This document shows, one piece after another, positions 25,805 to 40,706 of a stretch of DNA of 64,000 nucleotides. Where the stretch lies: NCBI GenBank assembly GCA_964016885.1, contig OZ024766.1, positions 13,578,001-13,642,000 on the forward strand. The letters run 5' to 3'. Each line of letters begins with the position of its first letter. Within the stretch, counting starts at the first letter, position 1. Source of the DNA: Eledone cirrhosa. Lineage: Eukaryota. The position numbers and the translations under genes were made by a program. Below the pieces are notes generated by a model that searched no databases, was not told the origin of the DNA, and was given only the letters and a program-made list of their open reading frames with translations.

Positions 25805-28330
25805 TCATCTTCATCATTCAACGTCCATTTTCCACGCTAGCATGGGTTAGATGAGCCATGTCAGAGGACCATGTTTTGCTCACACAGAACTGATTTTGGC
25901 TTCAATTCTATGTCTGGTTGTCCTAATGCCAACAACAATGTGTACTGGGTGCTTTTAGTCATGTTACCAACACGACCACTTTCCAGTGTCGATTGGGCAC
26001 TCATTGTCATGGCGCCAAGCTGACCACTTATATAGTGTTGTTTGGGGACTTGGGTGGGTGAGATGCATGGGGAATTGAGGAGGTAGATATAAGGGTGGGG
26101 TGACTACAACGTGGAAGGTCTATGGGATGGAAGATGGTGCATACTAGATGTATGCCTCAGCCCCTTCATATGGGAAGGTGGATCTTCTGTATGATAGCAT
26201 AGTGCCAGAGATCATGGTCCTGTGTCATACCCTTTGAGAGGTGCAATTGTGCAAGGTCAGCTTTTATCAACTCATCCCAAGTCTTCCAACATCTCCATAG
26301 CTCCCTTCAACTTTGAGTGCTCTGCACTTTTTTATACAGCTGTCGTCTTTCATGCGCATCACGTGACCATACCAACGTAGCCTTCTCTCGAGTAAACAAC
26401 ATCTGATCCCTCTTGTTTCTAATTTTTCCCTTAGTTCGTTTATGCTTTGCCGTTCACATATATTACTATTACACATCCAGCGGAGCATGCAAGCTTCGTT
26501 CCTCTCAGGTCTCACTGCCATGCAGCATTGCTGTTCGTATGCAGGCATCGTATAACCTGCCTTTAATTTTTAGGGAGAACCCTTTAGCGGTTAATGGTGG
26601 TATAAGCTCTCTGAACTTTTTCCATCCAGTTCTGACTCTAGCTACTGTACTTTCAGAGCACCCTCCCCCACTGCTGATTTTGTCACCCAGGTAACGGAAA
26701 CTGTCCACTATTTCTATAGAACCATCTGTGCAATGGAATGAGCTAGTATTCTGTGGGCACTTGCTGCTACTTATTGCACCAGAGCACCGGCCACATATAA
26801 AATCTATGTTCTTAGTTAGCTTACTTGTGATCCCACTACATCTTTTATGCACCCATACTTTGCATTTGGGACATAAAATGGAGTTTCTACCTACTCCTTT
26901 CCTACACACTGAGCATGGCCATTTCCCGGATGGGACCGGCGCCCTATTTTCCTTCCTACAAACTAGAACTTTAGTCTTAGACAGGTTAATTTTAAGGCCT
27001 TTTGATTCTAGGCCATGCTTCCATGTTTGGAATTTCTTCTCTAGTTCGGCTATTGATTCAGCTATGAGCGTTAGATCATCTGCGTATAGGAGTTCCCATG
27101 GGCAGCCGGTCTTGAACTCCACTGTTATAGTCTGAAGGGCAATAATAAATAGTAGAGGGCTAAGAACGGAGCCCTGATGAACACCAAATTTTATGCTAAA
27201 CTCTTCACTATATTCGTTGTTAATTCTAACCTTGCTGACTGTTTCTTTATAGCTCTCACAAGCCATTCATCAACACCGGCTGTTTGGCCTTAATCGACTC
27301 CTCCACCTTACTGTTCCACCACCATGTTACTCTCCTCCTGCCTATAGGTCTGCTCCGGCCACAGACTTCGTCTGCCGCCATCAGCAGGTTTGCTTTCAGG
27401 AATTCCCACTGTTCCTCTATATTGTACGACTCTAAATGATCTTCCTTACTGTCGAAAGCATCAAGTTATATGCTTTTAAATTTATTTCTGGCTGTGGGGT
27501 CCTTTAGCTTCCATATTTTTCTCCTGAGGATAGTCCTCTTCTGCTGTCGAGTACGTCTCGTCCTTACAGATAGTTAGCCTATTTGCGTCACAGAATTCCA
27601 GGGTTCTGGAGCCTTCCTCATTTCTAGTACCAAATCCATAGCCTCCGTGGATTCCGTCATAACCGTCACAATGTTGTCCAATGTGACCATTTAGGTCGCC
27701 AGCAATAGTTATATAGTCACTGTCGGTTATTTGGGAGGTAGTGAGCATCAGTGTCTCATAGAATCTGTCTTTTATAGCGCCAGGCAGTCCGGATTGGGGC
27801 GCGTACGCAGATATTGCTGTCACAGTAGTACTATTTTGAACAAGTCTTATTTTAATTATTCTGTCATTCAGTCTATTTACGTCTATTATCTTATCCACCC
27901 ATTTTTCTGCTAACATGATTCCTACCCCACCCAGCCCATTGTCATTTCCCAGCCAGAAAAGCTTATAGCATCGTTTTTACCCACAATGAATCTAGCAGAC
28001 CCGCCCCTCCACCTGGTCTCTTGGATACAGCAAACATCAATCTCCTTACGTTCAAGCATTTCTACAACCTCGTTAGAGCGGCCTTTTAAGGTGCCTACAT
28101 TCATGGTACCAACTCTGAAGTTTTGGATTGCGTTTGGTGGGTAGGGCGCAGGGAGGGGGGAGGGGGTTGGGGTTATGTTGGCCATCCGCGGCCGCAACAA
28201 AGAGGAGGGGGCCTTGCCCTTTCGTCCGGCAGCATGACGTGAATTTGTCGTTATCTTTGGCATTGTCTTCGAGTGTCCAGATTCTTCAGACTCTCCAGAA
28301 ATTTCTTAGTCCATCCACCATATCGAAAAG
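25805..28330 (-). mobile_element. RTE LINE with internal deletions
   Basis: APE endonuclease (VGTMNVGTL, CIQETRW, SAYAPQ, GDLNGH) and RT C-half (YADD); junction near 27280 skips the RT N-half. Confidence 0.9.
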
Positions 28331-28585
28331 TAACCAGAAGTGATAGCATAGGCCGTTGACTTGTGATTGGTCCAAATAATAAAGCTGGAGAATGGGGGGG
28401 GGGGGGGGGGGGTATGGGGTAGTTAGCGAGGAGAAGATTATTTAGAACAGTCAGACAGAATTATAGAATAGCAATTATGAAGTAGGATTTGGATTCTGGG
28501 CGATTATAGATATATGGATGAATGAACTGAAGGGTGGGAGACAAGAAGAAAATGTTATTTATACATTACATTTCATATGTATATT

Positions 28586-28654
<69 letters not shown>

Positions 28655-28686
28655 ATTATGTAATAAACAACATAAGGCAATTATTC

Positions 28687-28740
28687 CATTTACCAGTGGT
28701 TTCTTAAAAGCAAAAGGTTTTGCTTTCAATCCTCAGAATG
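28687..28740 (-). ncRNA. Type I hammerhead motif (family 2, GUA)
   Basis: reverse complement of 31852-31905. Confidence 0.75.
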
Positions 28741-28970
28741 AAAAATCCTGGTTTGTTTATTGAATATGGATTCTAAAAACGAAAATGCAATCTATATGAA
28801 AGTGAGGCTGGAAAAGGGAGAAGGAAAGGAAAAATAAAATAAAATAAAACTACACATGCAAACACACACAAAAAAACCCCAAAGCATACTTACACACACA
28901 CACATATATACACATATAATTTGCACGCATACACATATACACATACACATACATATACATATATATATAC

Positions 28971-29001
<31 letters not shown>

Positions 29002-29239
29002 CATACATACACATACATACACATATATATATATAAAGAGCGTACACCTACACACACATACACATATATATACACACATATACACATACATATATTCATA
29101 CATACACACGCACACACACACACACACATATATATACACACACACACACATATACATACACATGTACATATCCATACATATATATATATATATATATATA
29201 CATATATACACACATACATATACACACATATACACATAT

Positions 29240-29270
<31 letters not shown>

Positions 29271-29669
29271 TGTGTGTGTACAAGCCTACACATACACACA
29301 CACATATATATACACACACATATACATACATTCACACAAACATACAACGTACATACATACACATACATGAATGCACTCCACTACATATTAACACACGCAA
29401 ATAAATATAAGAAAAAAATATATAAATAATATTAACAAATATTTGACAGCGATACATGCCCCAGCTAACAGGACAGACACGCGTGGTAAGTAATACACAC
29501 ATAAGCGCATATACATACGTTCGAAATAGTAAACACATACACACACTCTCACACATAAATATACATATACAAATACATAAACACGTACATACACATACAT
29601 ACGCAAACACGTACACGTATACAATATAAACACACACATGTATATGTAATTATATACACACACACACAC

Positions 29670-29716
<47 letters not shown>

Positions 29717-30164
29717 CAAAATATAAACGCACACACATATAAATACGTAAACACACATATACATACATAGCTAAACAATTATACACATGCAAATACGTAT
29801 ATATCAAAAGAACGCACAACCAAATACAAACACACACACACATATACACACACACACACCCACACACAAACCCACACATACATAAAAATAAATAAAAACA
29901 CACGCAACATATACATACATACACATACATATACATATATACATATATACATATACATATATATATATACACATATATATACACAAATATATATATACAT
30001 ATATATATATACACACATACACGTACACATACACACATGCATACACATACACACACACATATACATGTGTGTATGTGTAAAGCTCAGTATTAGATAAGAC
30101 AAATGAACCTTACATAAACGTATATATAGTAGTAAAGTAATAAAGCCATACAAGGCAATTAATC

Positions 30165-30218
30165 CATTCACCAGAGGTTTCTTAAAAGCAAAAAAAGTTT
30201 CCTTCAATCTTCAGAATG
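30165..30218 (-). ncRNA. Hammerhead family 2 variant (CUGAAGA, GUG, probably inactive)
   Basis: core present, stem II eroded, G at the cleavage position. Confidence 0.55.
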
Positions 30219-30609
30219 AAATATACAAATATATACACACATACAGACACGCACACACACATATATATATATACATATATATATATATGTACATATATAT
30301 ATATATATATATACAGACATATATACATACACACACACACACACACACACATATACATACATACATACACATATATATACATACACAAACATACACGTAC
30401 ACATATACATATATACACACAAAAATACATACACATACACATAGGTATGTGAAGGGCAAAACAAAAAGAATATATGGGGTGGGGGGCCTAGAGGAGGTAA
30501 AAATATAAAGGGAGGTAAGGGAGAAAAAAATATTTTTTAAAAACAAGAGTACAGAAGGTAGAAGCAGCAAAATAAAAGCCGTAGCAAAAGTAAAGAGCAG
30601 AGAAGGAGT

Positions 30610-30858
30610 TCAAGGCGGTTGATTTATCGTAGGAGTGTCAATCCAGTTACAGATCAGATGCGATTTCAGATGAGGACAGCATCTGAAGATCTCAGTCTTA
30701 GAGTTAAGGCAAGCGGAAGTGTCTCTCAAGTTTAGCAAAATCCTATACTTTTCTGTGGTACACAAAGAACAATTCTTTGTGCCCCTTTGGTACTCCCTCG
30801 AATGGTCTAATATAGACCAATCAATAGAGTACGGGATATTACTATCCTTGAGATCCCA
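30610..30858 (-). pseudogene. C-terminal 82 aa of a PLE GIY-YIG-type endonuclease (not in ORF track)
   Basis: WDLKDSNIPYSIDWSIL..Y..CSLCTTEKYRI..LNSKTEIFRCCPHLK, open to TGA; recognised from memory of the family. Confidence 0.7.
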
Positions 30859-30871
30859 TTTTTATATTTTG

Positions 30872-30920
<49 letters not shown>

Positions 30921-31316
30921 GTGTGTGTGTGTGTATATAATTACATATACATGTGTGTGTTTATATTGTATACGTGTACGTGTTTGCGTATGTATGTGTA
31001 TGTACGTGTTTATGTATTTGTATATGTATATTTATGTGTGAGAGTGTGTGTATGTGTTTACTATTTCGAACGTATGTATATGCGCTTATGTGTGTATTAC
31101 TTACCACGCGTGTCTGTCCTGTTAGCTGGGGCATGTATCGCTGTCAAATATTTGTTAATATTATTTATATATTTTTTTCTTATATTTATTTGCGTGTGTT
31201 AATATGTAGTGGAGTGCATTCATGTATGTGTATGTATGTACGTTGTATGTTTGTGTGAATGTATGTATATGTGTGTGTATATATATGTGTGTGTGTATGT
31301 GTAGGCTTGTACACAC

Positions 31317-31352
<36 letters not shown>

Positions 31353-31588
31353 ATATGTGTATATGTGTGTATATGTATGTGTGTATATATGTATATATAT
31401 ATATATATATATATGTATGGATATGTACATGTGTATGTATATGTGTGTGTGTGTGTATATATGTGTGTGTGTGTGTGTGCGTGTGTATGTATGAATATAT
31501 GTATGTGTATATGTGTGTATATATATGTGTATGTGTGTGTAGGTGTACGCTCTTTATATATATATATGTGTATGTATGTGTATGTATG

Positions 31589-31633
<45 letters not shown>

Positions 31634-31851
31634 GTATATGTATGTGTATGTGTATATGTGTATGCGTGCAAATTATATGTGTATATATGTGTGTGTGTGT
31701 AAGTATGCTTTTGGGTTTTTTTGTGTGTGTTTGCATGTGTAGTTTTATTTTATTTTATTTTTCCTTTCCTTCTCCCTTTTCCAGCCTCACTTTCATATAG
31801 ATTGCATTTTCGTTTTTAGAATCCATATTCAATAAACAAACCAGGATTTTT

Positions 31852-31905
31852 CATTCTGAGGATTGAAAGCAAAACCTTTTGCTTTTAAGAAACCACTGGT
31901 AAATG
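31852..31905 (+). ncRNA. Type I hammerhead motif (family 2, GUA)
   Basis: CATT-CTGAGGA-TTGAAAGCAAAA CC TTTTGCTTTTAA-GAAA-CC ACT GG-TA-AATG. Confidence 0.78.
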
Positions 31906-32007
31906 GAATAATTGCCTTATGTTGTTTATTACATAATAATAATAATTAAGCTCTGTTGCTTACATAGAGCACTCTTTTTTCCTGGACTTTTCCGATGGAA
32001 TTACTTC

Positions 32008-32497
<490 letters not shown>

Positions 32498-32640
32498 TAA
32501 ACGGAAAAGATGAAACGATATTTCATTTCCCACTCTTAGTACGGCTGTTACTTAAATATAAGTATGTACACGTACACACATATATGCATACCGACGTACA
32601 GTAGTATGTATATATATATATACATACATGCACACATATA

Positions 32641-32980
32641 TATATGCACGTATGGATTCACCGAATATTTATTATAATGCTCGGTGTGTTTGTAAACAAA
32701 CATCCCGTATTAAGCCGTAGTGTCTAGCAACCACCGTTGCTCGTTTGTAGCCCGTTAATATGCATAAGGTAAGTATATACGTTCAACAATCTGGCAGGAA
32801 GGTATACGTTGCTGACGATAGCTAACAAGCTTGAAACTAGTACAGCGTTCCTTTGTCAGTGTTGAACAAACGAGCAACGGTGGTTGCTAGACACTACGGC
32901 TTAATACGGGATGTTTGTTTACAAACATTATAATAAATATTATAATAAATATTCGGTGAATCCATACGTGCATATATATA
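32641..32980. mobile_element. Small fold-back element (~105-bp inverted arms) with a hammerhead in the spacer; probable PLE remnant
   Basis: 32641-32748 is the reverse complement of 32866-32980; related sequence at 40365-40770 and 62340-62466. Confidence 0.7.
32806..32848 (+). ncRNA. Minimal type I hammerhead motif (family 3)
   Basis: ACGTTG-CTGACGA-tAGCT AACA AGCTt-GAAA-CTAG-TA-CAGCGT; palindromic ACTAGT stem III. Confidence 0.8.
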
Positions 32981-33479
32981 TTAATCTGTTATTTTAATAA
33001 ATATTTTCTCTACAGTTCTTATATATTTGATATATATTTATCCTTATTGAGCCCTCTTTGGATTTTAGTCTTCAATTTTATTATTATTAGTATATATATA
33101 TATATATATACACATATAATTGTGTATTCACACATTATCTTAGTAATGATATAATAATTTTAGTAAATTGTTCAAAATTCTTCATTAACCATTTTGGTAG
33201 AAACCCAGCCAAAATAGGTTCTCGTTATATGGAAATGGTTCCTATCTAAATTAAAGTCTTCCAACGAAATTCTATATAACAACCATATGTTATGTTACTA
33301 TGTTAGTAATTAACTAACAATTGTGATAAATAGCCCAAATTATTCATAATTAATTGAAATACGAGGTTCATAATTATAATAAAATCTTCGAACAGGCTAC
33401 GAAGCCGGTAAACCTTAAAGGTACGCAACACACACATCGCTATAGCGTTTCACCAGCCAATTCATTCCTCAATCATTAC

Positions 33480-34995
33480 ATAGATGTGTGTGTATGTAAT
33501 AAATATTTTGTATTGTGTCTATTTATGAATATGTATGAGCAGATGTGTGTGTGTGTGTGTGTCCCAGTAGATGGGTGTGTATGTAACACAGTAGATGTGT
33601 GTGTATATAACACAGTAGATGTGTGTGTATATCACACAGTACATGTGTGTGTATGTAACTCAGTAGATGTGTGTGTATGTAACCCAGTAGATGTATGTGT
33701 ATGTAACTCAGTAGATGTGTGTGTATGTAATACAGTAGATGTGGGTATGTAACACAGTAGATGTGTGTGTATGTAACATAGTAGATGTGTGTATGTAACA
33801 CAGTAGATGTGTGTGTATATAACACAGTAGATGTGTGTGTATGTAACACAATAGATGTGTGTGTATATAACACAGATGTGTGTGTATGTAACACAGTAGA
33901 TGTGTGTGTATGTAACACAGTAGATGTGTGTGTATGTAACACAGTAGATGTGTGTGTATGTAACATAGTAGATGTGTGTATGTAACACAGTAGATGTGTG
34001 TATTGTAACACAATAGATGTGTGTGTATGTAACACTGTAGATCTCTGTATATGTAACACAGTAGATGTGTGTATGTAACACAGTAGATGTGTGTGTATGT
34101 AATACAGTAGGTGTGTGTGTATGTAACACAGTAGATGTGTGTGTATGTAACACAGTAGATGTGTGTGTATGTAACACAATAGATGTGTGTGTATATAACA
34201 CAGTAGATGTATGTGTATGTAACTCAGTAGATGTGTGTGTAAGTAACACAGTAGATGTGTGTGTATGTAACACAGTAGATGTGAGTGTATGTAACTCAGT
34301 AGATGTGAGTGTATGTAACCCAGTAGATGTGTGTAACACAATAGATGTGTGTGTATATAACACAATAGATGTGTGTGTATGTAACACAGTAGATGTGTGT
34401 GTATGTAACACAGTAGATGTGTTTGTATGTAACACAGTAGATGTGTGGGTATGTAACACATTAGATGTGTGTGTCTGTAACACAGTAGATGTGTGTGTAT
34501 GTAACACAATAGATGTGTGTGTATATAACACAGTAGATGTGTGTTTATGTAACACAGTAGATGTGTGTGTATGTAACCCAGTAGATGTGTGCGTATATAA
34601 CCCAGTAGATGTGTGTATGTAACACAGTAGATGTGTGTGTATGTAACACAATAGATGTGTGTGTATGTAACACAGTAGATGTATGTGTATGTAACCCAGT
34701 AGATGTGTGTGTATGTAAGACAGTAGATGTGTGTGTATCTAAGACAGTAGATGTGTGCATGTAACACAGTAGATGTGTGTGTATGTAACACAGTAGATGT
34801 GTGTGTATGTAACACAATAGATGTGTGTGTATGTAACACTGTAGATCTCTGTATATGTAACACAGTAGATGTGTGTATGTAACACAGTAGATGTGTGTGT
34901 ATGTAACACAGTAGGTGTGTGTGTATGTAACACAGTAGATGTGTGTGTATGTAAGACAGTAGATGTGTGTGTATGTAACACAGTAGATGTATATA
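33480..34995. repeat. 22-24-bp minisatellite
   Basis: unit gtagatgtgtgtgtatgtaacaca. Confidence 0.95.
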
Positions 34996-35846
34996 TAACT
35001 AAAGTGTAACGTAAGTTAAAATGGACGACAAAATGACTTTAACTTGTTTTTTAACAATTGATGGTGGAAAAGATTTTAAATTGTCTTAACTCAGACCATA
35101 AAGGGCTGCAACACATGGTGTTTGACACTCTTACCGGCTACATAGCCAGGGATTCTATTTTACGGGGTCCGGTTACATAGCTTCTTCTTAAAAATCTTCC
35201 AACATAATTTTATACAAGAACCACATGTTAAGTTACTAATAAAATAATTAATAATTAAAAACTTCAGTAAATCCTTCAAATGATATCTCAGTAATGAAAT
35301 AATTAATAATTGTTATAAATACCTCAAAATTCCTCATTAATTAAACCCCAGACAGGTAAAAACTCCAGAGTCTTTCAGTCGGACATGAAACAAATTAATT
35401 TCTAATGGAAAAAGTAAAGATTGTAAAGTCAGCCAAGGGAGATCACTCTCAGCGACTTATTGTAAATCTTGTTCGTGAATTAATCCGGATTAAATTATTC
35501 TGGTGTATTTTGTGTGGAGGAAACCGGGTTTACGCGGTGATAGCGCGTAATTCAAGAACGTATGGTTCGTGAGTTCGAATCCCAGACCGGGTGGTCTGTG
35601 CGTTGGCCCCTTGAACAAAACATTTCTCCCAGCTGGCAAAACTAATAAGTTGTACCAGTAATTATAGGGTAACGTTGTTACATAGAATTGTCACACTGAA
35701 TCTCTCTGAGAACAATGTCAACGGTAAAACGTGTCAATGAAATACCCAGACGCATTATAATATAAGATGGATTCTATATGTATTTAAAAAGGAAGGCATG
35801 TCACACGTTTTGTCTCGCTGAATCTCCCTGTGAACTATGTAAATAC

Positions 35847-36926
35847 TAGTGACTATCAGACATAGTGTATCTCGGACTACATTATCTAATGTACAGTACA
35901 GTAGTTAGTATTAGTGGTTATCAGACATAGTATATCTAGGACTACATTATCTAATGTACAGTACAGTAGTCAGTATTACTGGCTATAAGACATAGTGTAT
36001 CTAGGACTACATTATCTAATGTACAGTACAGTAGTTAGTATTAGTGACTATCAGACATAGTGTATCTAGGACTACATTATCTAATGTACAATACAGTAGT
36101 TAGTATCAGTGGCTATCAGACATAGTGTATCTAGGACTACATTATCTAATGTACAGTACAGTAGTTAGTATTAGTGGCTATCAGACATAGTGTATCTAGG
36201 ACTACATTATCTAATGTACAGTACCGTAGTTAGTATTAGTGGCTATCAGACATAGTATATCTAGGACTACATTATCTAATGTACAGTACAGTAGTTAGTA
36301 TTAGTGGCTATCAGACATAGTGTATCTAGGACTACATTATCTAATGTACAGTATAGAAGTTAGTATTAGTGGTTATCAGACATAGTATATCTTGGACTAC
36401 ATTATCTATTGTACAGTATAGTAGTTAGTATTAGTGGCTATCAGACATAGTGTATCTAGGACTACATTATCTAATGTACAGTACAGTAGTTAGTATTAGT
36501 AGCTATCAGACATAGTGTATCTAGGACTACATTATCTAATGTACAGTATAGTAGTTAGTATTAGTGGCTATCAGACATAGTGTATCTAGGACTACATTAT
36601 CTAATGTACAGTACAGTAGTTAGTATTAGTGGCTATCAGACATAGTGTATCTAGGACTACATTACCTAATGTACAGTACAGTAGTTAGTATTAGTGGCTA
36701 TCAGACATAGTGTATCTATGACTACCTTATCTAATGTACAATATAGTAGTTAGTATTACTGGCTATCAGACATAGTGTATCTAGGAATACATTATCTAAT
36801 GTACAATATAGTAGTTAGTATTACTGGCTATCAGGCATAGTGTATCTAGGAATACATTACCTATTGTACAGTGTAGTAGTTAGTATTAGTGGCTACCAGA
36901 CATAGTGTATCTAAGACTACATTATC
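35847..36926. repeat. 65-bp minisatellite, about 16 units
   Basis: unit tagtggctatcagacatagtgtatctaggactacattatctaatgtacagtacagtagttagtat. Confidence 0.95.
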
Positions 36927-37442
36927 TTAACTGCACATAGCATCCAACCCTGACAGTATGGTGTCCTGGAAATATGTACATTCAAAGCAGAGACCTCACT
37001 CTTCAGTTGGTCCTCTTCACAATCTCCACACAAGCCAGGTTACTGACGACCCAAGAAATGCACAGAATTCATTGCTGAAAGAAATGGAGGCATTTTCACT
37101 GTTGAAGACCAAAATGTACCATCTCCACCACCTCTGACATCAGATTCTATTACAACTATGGAATTTAGACCTGCAATGCCACCTTACAAAACCTCTACGT
37201 AGTCTTTCTAACTGCTAGAAATAGCAGCGATATTATCCATTACAACTTCGTTTTTTTGTTTAAAATATCCAAAGTTTAGTTATGAAATCAACAGCAAGTC
37301 CTTTGCACAGACTTCGGAATAAACTCGAAGACCGTCAAAATATCATTCTCCTTCTCTCTCTCTTTAAACAAAGAATAGCTGCTTTCAACCTTAACGGGAT
37401 CTTCTGAAACTCATTATTTTAATCAATAGTTGCTCTACGGCT

Positions 37443-37482
<40 letters not shown>

Positions 37483-37578
37483 GTAATTCCGTCGGAAAAA
37501 TCCAGGAAAAAAGAGTGCTCTATGTAGGCAACAGAGCTTAATTATTATTATGTAATAAACAACATAAGGCAATTATTC

Positions 37579-37632
37579 CATTTACCAGTGGTTTCTTAAA
37601 AGCAAAAGGTTTTGCTTTCAATCCTCAGAATG
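37579..37632 (-). ncRNA. Hammerhead family 2 (GUA)
   Basis: same motif as 28687-28740. Confidence 0.75.
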
Positions 37633-37787
37633 AAAAAAATCCTGGTTTGTTTATTGAATTTGGATTTTAAAAAACAAAAATGCAAACTATATGAAAGTGA
37701 GGCTGGAGAAGGGAGAAGGAAAGAAGGGAAAAATAAAATAAAACTACACATGCAAACACACACACACAAAAACACAAAAGCATACAT

Positions 37788-37832
<45 letters not shown>

Positions 37833-37921
37833 AGGTGAGTTTTATTGTAGTACAATAAAGCAATGCAGATATCGGATAAGAAGCACTCTACAGTTTGTGG
37901 GACTGGAGTATGCATAATATA

Positions 37922-37960
<39 letters not shown>

Positions 37961-38243
37961 CACATATATATAAAAAAAAAACATTGACACTCCTATGATA
38001 AATCAACCGCCTTGAACTCCTTCCCTGCTCTTTACTTCTGCTACGGTTTTTATTTTGCTGATTCTACGTTCTGTACTCTTGTATATTTACTTATTTTTTT
38101 CTCCCTTACCTCCCCTTATATTTTACCTTTTCTTATGCCCCCTCCCCCCATATATTCTTTTTGCCTTGCCCTTCACATACCTATGTGTATGTGTATGTAT
38201 ATTTGTGTGTGTATATATATATATATATATGTATGTATATATG

Positions 38244-38282
<39 letters not shown>

Positions 38283-38362
38283 GTGTGTGTATGTGTATGT
38301 GTGTATATATATGTATATATTTGTGTGTGTGTATGTATATGTGGATAAACCAGGGTTTTTTT

Positions 38363-38416
38363 CATTCTGAAGATTGAAGGAAAAATTTTTTGCTTTTAAG
38401 AAACCACTGGTGAATG
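38363..38416 (+). ncRNA. Hammerhead family 2 variant (GUG)
   Basis: CATT-CTGAAGA...GAAA-CCACTGG-TG-AATG. Confidence 0.55.
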
Positions 38417-39237
38417 GAATAATTGCCTTATGTTGCTTTATTACTTTACTACTATATATACGTATATGTAAGGTTCATATGGATTATCTAAGACTGAGTC
38501 TTACACATACACACATGTATGTGTGTGTGTATGTGTATGCATGTGTATATATATGTATGTATATGTATGTATGTATATATATATATATATATGTGTATAT
38601 ATATATATGTATATATATATATGTGTGTATATGTATGCGTGTGTATGTATATATGTATGTGTGTCTGTGTTTGTGTTTGTATTTGGTTGTGCGTGTTTAT
38701 AATATGTACGTATTTGTATGTGTATAATTGTTTAGCTATGTATGTATATGTGTGTGTATGTATACGTATGTGTGTGTGTGTGCGTTTATATTTATGTATA
38801 TATATGTATATATATATATATATATGTGTGTGTGTATATAATTACATATACATATGTGTGTGTATATATTGTATACGTGTGCGTATTTGTGCATGTATGT
38901 GTTTATGTATTTGTATATGTATATTTATGTGTGAGAGTGTGTGTATGTGTTTACGATTTCGTACGTATGTATCCGTGCATTTGTGTGTATTACTTACCAC
39001 GCGTGTCTGTCCAGTTAGCTGCCTTATGTAACGGTGTCAAAAAATTTTTTTAATATATATATATATTTTTTCTTATATTTATTTGCGTGTGTGAATATGT
39101 AGAGGAGTGCATTTATGTATGTGTATGTATGTACGTATGTATATATGTATATTTGTATGAATATATGTATGTATATATGTGTGTGTGTATGGCTATGTTT
39201 GTGTATGTGTATGCTTGTACACACATATATATATGTA

Positions 39238-39294
<57 letters not shown>

Positions 39295-39560
39295 ATATGT
39301 GTGTGTGTATGTGTATGTATGTGTATATGTGTATGTATGTGTATATTTGTGTATGTATATATATATGTGTATATGTATATATGTATATATATATATATAT
39401 ATGTGTGTGTATGTATGCTTTTGTGTTTTTTTGTGTGTGTGTTTGCATGTGTAGTTTTATTTTATTTTTCCTTTCCTTCTTCCTTCTCCAGCCTCACTTT
39501 CATATAGTTTGCATTTTTGTTTTTTAAAATCCAAATTCAATAAACAAACCAGGATTTTTT

Positions 39561-39614
39561 CATTCTGAGGATTGAAAGCAAAACCTTTTGCTTTTAAGAA
39601 ACCACTGGTAAATG
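39561..39614 (+). ncRNA. Hammerhead family 2 (GUA)
   Basis: same motif as 31852-31905. Confidence 0.75.
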
Positions 39615-39651
39615 GAATAATTGCCTTATCTTGTTTATTACATAATAATAT

Positions 39652-40345
39652 TTTACATGGTAGACATTATTTGAATTTTGAAAATGTGAGACCAGAGAAA
39701 TTGCTTCATGTGACACTGTAAGAAAACATTAAAAAATGAAATGTATATCTTCTTCTTTATCATTAAGTATGTCAGCAGCAGCAGCACCACACACACACAC
39801 ATATATATATACAGAGAGAGAGAGAGAGAAGAGAGAGAGTAGTTAATAATAAATACAAAGACCAAAATCTAGAGAGGGCTCAATAAGATAAGAGTTTTAT
39901 GTATATATATATATATAAATATATATGTATCATCATCATCATTTTACGTCTGCTTTTCCCTGCTTGCGAGGGTGGGACGGAAGCTGATTCTGGTTTGATT
40001 TCTACAGCTGGATGCCCTTCCTACCACCAACCTTATTTACAGTGAGTGCTGGGTGCTTTTTTCCTGTGGCACCTCCACGACCACTTTGCGGTGGAATGAT
40101 AGAGGCCCAAGTCCCTATCATCTCATTTCTACAGCTGAGTAAACTGGAGCAATGTGAAATAAAGTGTCTTGCTCAAGGAAACAACACATCACCCGGTTTG
40201 AGAATTGAACTCACAACCTTTCGATTGCAAGGCCAATGCTCTAACCACTAAGCCATAGAGAGAGAGAGAAGTGAGAGAGTAGTTAATAATAAATAGAAAC
40301 ACCAAAATCTGGAGAGGGCTCAATAAGATAAGAGTTATATATATA
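39652..40345 (+). repeat. Direct paralog of 20132-20875, including a minus-strand family A SINE (39930-40256)
   Basis: collinear similarity across unique flank and SINE. Confidence 0.85.
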
Positions 40346-40479
40346 TATATGTATATATATATAAGTTGAAAAAAATGAAAACGAAATTTCATTTCTCACT
40401 CTTAGTATGGCACTTACTTAAATGTAAGTATGTATGTATACGTACATACATATATGTATACGGACGTACAGTAGCATGC

Positions 40480-40510
<31 letters not shown>

Positions 40511-40661
40511 TACAGGTACACATACATATATGCACGCATCAGTTTAGCGGACGCTTATTATAACGCCGCTTTGTTCGTTTGTCAACAAACTGAACAGCCT
40601 GAATTTATGCCATACGGTGTTAAGGCAACCACGTCACCTTTTTGTTCAACACTGACACAGG

Positions 40662-40706
40662 AACGATGTACTAGTTTCAAGCTTGTTAGCTATCATCAGC
40701 ACCGTT
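40662..40706 (-). ncRNA. Minimal type I hammerhead motif (family 3)
   Basis: AACGGTG-CTGATGA-tAGCT AACA AGCTt-GAAA-CTAG-TA-CATCGTT. Confidence 0.8.

Larger units (their letters stand above)
37479..39651 (+). mobile_element. Second copy of the Penelope-like family, opposite orientation, shorter inverted arm
   Basis: 37984-39651 matches the reverse complement of 28651-30640 starting at IDTP.INQPP*; 37479-37830 is the inverted arm. Confidence 0.75.

Noticed and set aside
37038-37070. CTGACGA...GAAA hammerhead-like core
   Set aside because: No stem I, no stem II pairing, no UH site
37000-37074. Possible exon bounded by tttcag and GTGAGG on the minus strand
   Set aside because: Stops in all three frames
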